DNA of 51,509 nt, taken from Pseudomonadota bacterium (lineage in GTDB: Bacteria; Bdellovibrionota; Bdellovibrionia; Bdellovibrionales; SG-bin7). The DNA lies in NCBI GenBank assembly GCA_034439715.1, contig JAWXAY010000060.1, positions 1-51,509 of the forward strand. Direction: 5' to 3'. The notes beneath the pieces are model-generated. The model was not told the origin of the DNA. It saw only the letters and a program-made list of their open reading frames with translations, and searched no databases. Of the stretch, positions 50,201 to 51,509 are shown piece after piece; the first letter of the stretch is position 1, and the number at the start of each line of letters is the position of its first letter. Both the position numbers and the translations under genes were made by a program.

Positions 50201-51508
50201 GACGTCCGCGCGAATTCCATAGATGTTTGTGGCTGTTACAGGGCCGTCGACTTCTGTAAAGAATTTTGCACCATACACATTTGTAACTGAAGTTGCAGGC
50301 GAACCTTGGACCATTGCAAAAAAGTCACCTGCTATGACAGTGCCGATCGTTCCACCCTGTGCATAAGTATCAAAGCCGCCGCCCAATACAGTACTCACAG
50401 ACGAAGTAGCTGCTCCGGAATACTCCGCGCTTGCACCAATCCCGGCCATGGAACCGTAGGCATAACCTGCAGTAGCTTGAGTTTCATACACGCCCACCGA
50501 CAAACCCTGATTGCTAGCCGTTGACGTTCCACTCGGTGCCACGGTCAGTGTGATTTTCTCAAGCGTATTTGCCCCGCTTGTCGATGTATTGGTCTGTTGA
50601 AGGTCTAACCGTGAGGTTGGCGCAGTAGTTCCGATACCCACATTGCCTGTATTAAAATAGATATTAGCGCCTGAAGTTACCCACTGCCCAGCATCGTCAA
50701 CGACACAAGTAAAAGCATAAACTGGGCCCGCACTCATTTGTAATTTTTGATTCGCTAGACAATTGGGAATATTTGCGTTTGAGGTAACCTCTGTGCCAGC
50801 ACTTCCCACAACACCGTTTCCTGAAACTGCAACAGCCGCACCTGTCCAGAATTTTATTTGATTGGAGTCAGAGTTAAACCAAGTTTTACCCTCGTCTATT
50901 GCCGCTAAGGCACTTGCTAATGTAGTTTCTTGTGCGTTGGTGTAAGTTCCTAAGTTTATTGTTTTCTGCGGACTCATCGTAATATGACCGGTCGCTAAAA
51001 AATTAAACCCACCCATGTCGATGGCACCTGTCATCGTGCCACCAGCGAGTGGCAACTTGGTCGAATCAAGAGAGCTCGGGGTATAAACTTCCCACTTAGT
51101 GCCTACGCTGTTCCAACGCACACTTTGGCCGTTGGCAAGACCTGTCAAATCCAAATTAGATCCACCAAACTTGGCGTCAGAATAAGTTTTATTAACGGCA
51201 TCACTTGCTAACGTAGGTGCTGCAAGATTTGTCAGGCGTTGGTTATTAAAGTCGACTGCTGCACTAGGTACAAAGTTAGATCCATTAACTTTGGTGTACT
51301 GAGCAGTTGTGCCATTAATCAATGCCATCAATTCTGTGTATGCGGCATCAATGGCAAGGGCGTCGATTTTGACTTGAGTAGTTTGCGCTGAAGTCTGAAC
51401 AAAGTTTGCCGGACCTCTACCTTGCAAAGTATCGGCATAAAGCGCAAACGGAACCGATTGCAAATCTAGTAGCTGTGTCACAACTTGGGGTCCACCGCCG
51501 TCATCAAA
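47300..51508 (-). CDS. Large beta-strand-repeat fibre/adhesin (tail-fibre or MAT-like); 5' end outside window
   Basis: Frame open to the window edge; SVPFALYAD motif, 8 G(N/K)(V/I)GIGT repeats, YadA-head-like NTA(V/M/F)G repeats, Gly/Thr/Ala-rich. Confidence 0.85.
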   Translation of the reverse strand, partial: FDDGGGPQVVTQLLDLQSVPFALYADTLQGRGPANFVQTSAQTTQVKIDALAIDAAYTELMALINGTTAQYTKVNGSNFVPSAAVDFNNQRLTNLAAPTLASDAVNKTYSDAKFGGSNLDLTGLANGQSVRWNSVGTKWEVYTPSSLDSTKLPLAGGTMTGAIDMGGFNFLATGHITMSPQKTINLGTYTNAQETTLASALAAIDEGKTWFNSDSNQIKFWTGAAVAVSGNGVVGSAGTEVTSNANIPNCLANQKLQMSAGPVYAFTCVVDDAGQWVTSGANIYFNTGNVGIGTTAPTSRLDLQQTNTSTSGANTLEKITLTVAPSGTSTASNQGLSVGVYETQATAGYAYGSMAGIGASAEYSGAATSSVSTVLGGGFDTYAQGGTIGTVIAGDFFAMVQGSPATSVTNVYGAKFFTEVDGPVTATNIYGIRADVNSSGSVPATARYGVYVRDDNYSTATTTASYGVYIDSNANANTTNRYGIYQNQANDKNYFAGNVGIGTTTPTTGTRLDITGTGAAASSIIIPRDSVANRPAVGVNGMMRYASDTNKFEVFEGGAWTNMLGGTSSSVSAGNGTAGAPSISFSGDTNTGFYSNGADTVGIAAGGANVFNISSSSLSSPTTGGALITTGNGTAAAPTFSFAGDPDTGWWRPAADTMAASTAGAERMRIDSSGNVGIGTTSPLSALNLNKGGTANQDILIVGNNTTRGLVLDNATGGRLDIYTYGYDLVHNYYGGRNSVFHGRVNIGDIGDLGTANAQLQVEPRAVGTVGQIIKAFAGQTADLFQVQNSAGTNLVNVSAGGNVGIGTTSPTQKFYVSGGKTVIDSTDFVWGQLQIANASAASQKEASIAFISGMTAVGATPTAAGGDSRIFIIGNDLFDMGDNKFGIGSKNNSAASLVVQSDGNVGIGTTSPSQVLHVSRNNLAARIMVEGAGTSNGSSGVAIKTQDGGQWDIWMDDDSNDDLVEGDRLAFSYGTSHRMVLDGSSGNVGIGTTAPNTILDVNGAFSMREIAAPAVSPAEQGRIYFDSTSHNFRVSENGGAYVNLIGGTSSLDALSDGKTTPGTSVLFLGSAAGAGNLAGGNENTGIGVTALENNTTGDQNTAVGTGALKSNTTGQGNTAMGLVTLNLLNNGSYNTAFGMWALGDTTTGSYNTAVGMGAGDGPGTGTVKSQNVFIGYNAGFGSNTADGNIIIGSSAGDNLSSGDNNILIGYNMDVQNPAGSNQMSIGNLIFATGVDGTGTTVSTGKVGIGTTAPASKLHVGAGTISANAWQPELLISDSTDGYSGLVVKYEAGGDEGFMYAFGGGVVMGSLGASDVTFNTNDIARMTIKQGTGNIGIGTASPVATLDINGYARLALNGAQPVACDAAHTGSIALTSTFRICVCKGSATTWVYTTDGATACVW

Positions 51509-51509
51509 A

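Noticed and set aside
1097..50524. Numerous 60-150 aa antisense or alternate-frame ORFs in the track (e.g. 1555-2019, 14539-14973, 20179-20598, 38945-39355)
   Set aside because: They lie within well-supported genes and have no motifs or RBS; shadow ORFs
47493..50647. Repeated GTTCCGATACC-like motifs as a CRISPR-like array
   Set aside because: Irregular spacing of hundreds of bp and synonymous-site variation show these are protein repeats
47300..51508. DGR target or prophage tail gene; apparently higher GC
   Set aside because: No reverse transcriptase, template repeat or phage genes in the window; the GC shift is explained by Gly/Ala/Thr codons

Overview
Gene-dense chromosomal backbone (GC by eye in the low 40s %) most consistent with a Bdellovibrionota predator. 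The evidence is a MAT-like fibre gene, several TPR/LysM lytic transglycosylases, small outer-membrane beta-barrels, a GYF-PilZ protein and a perfect FliA promoter. Housekeeping blocks: radA, amidase-rph-rdgB-prs-rplY-pth-ychF, mutL-miaA, yicC-gmk-rpoZ-spoT, a xylFGH-like ABC importer, slt-mltD, mrp, glyQS-smc-ftsY-Na/Pi cotransporter and zapA-ygfA-rny-tyrS. I found no mobile element, CRISPR array, rRNA or tRNA. The two most interesting signals are intergenic and absent from the ORF track. (1) 31391-31811, minus strand: a c-di-GMP-I riboswitch with no normal downstream gene. Its 5' P1 strand can alternatively form 13 bp with the Shine-Dalgarno of a 16-aa micro-ORF, a predicted translational ON switch. 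It is flanked by two more micro-ORFs and closed by an intrinsic terminator. (2) 9376-9463, minus strand: a near-perfect sigma-54 promoter driving a ~60-nt hairpin RNA with a C-rich anti-SD loop and a U tract, a candidate Pxr-like sRNA, set back-to-back with a FliA promoter. All calls come from reading the sequence; no database searches or folding programs were run.
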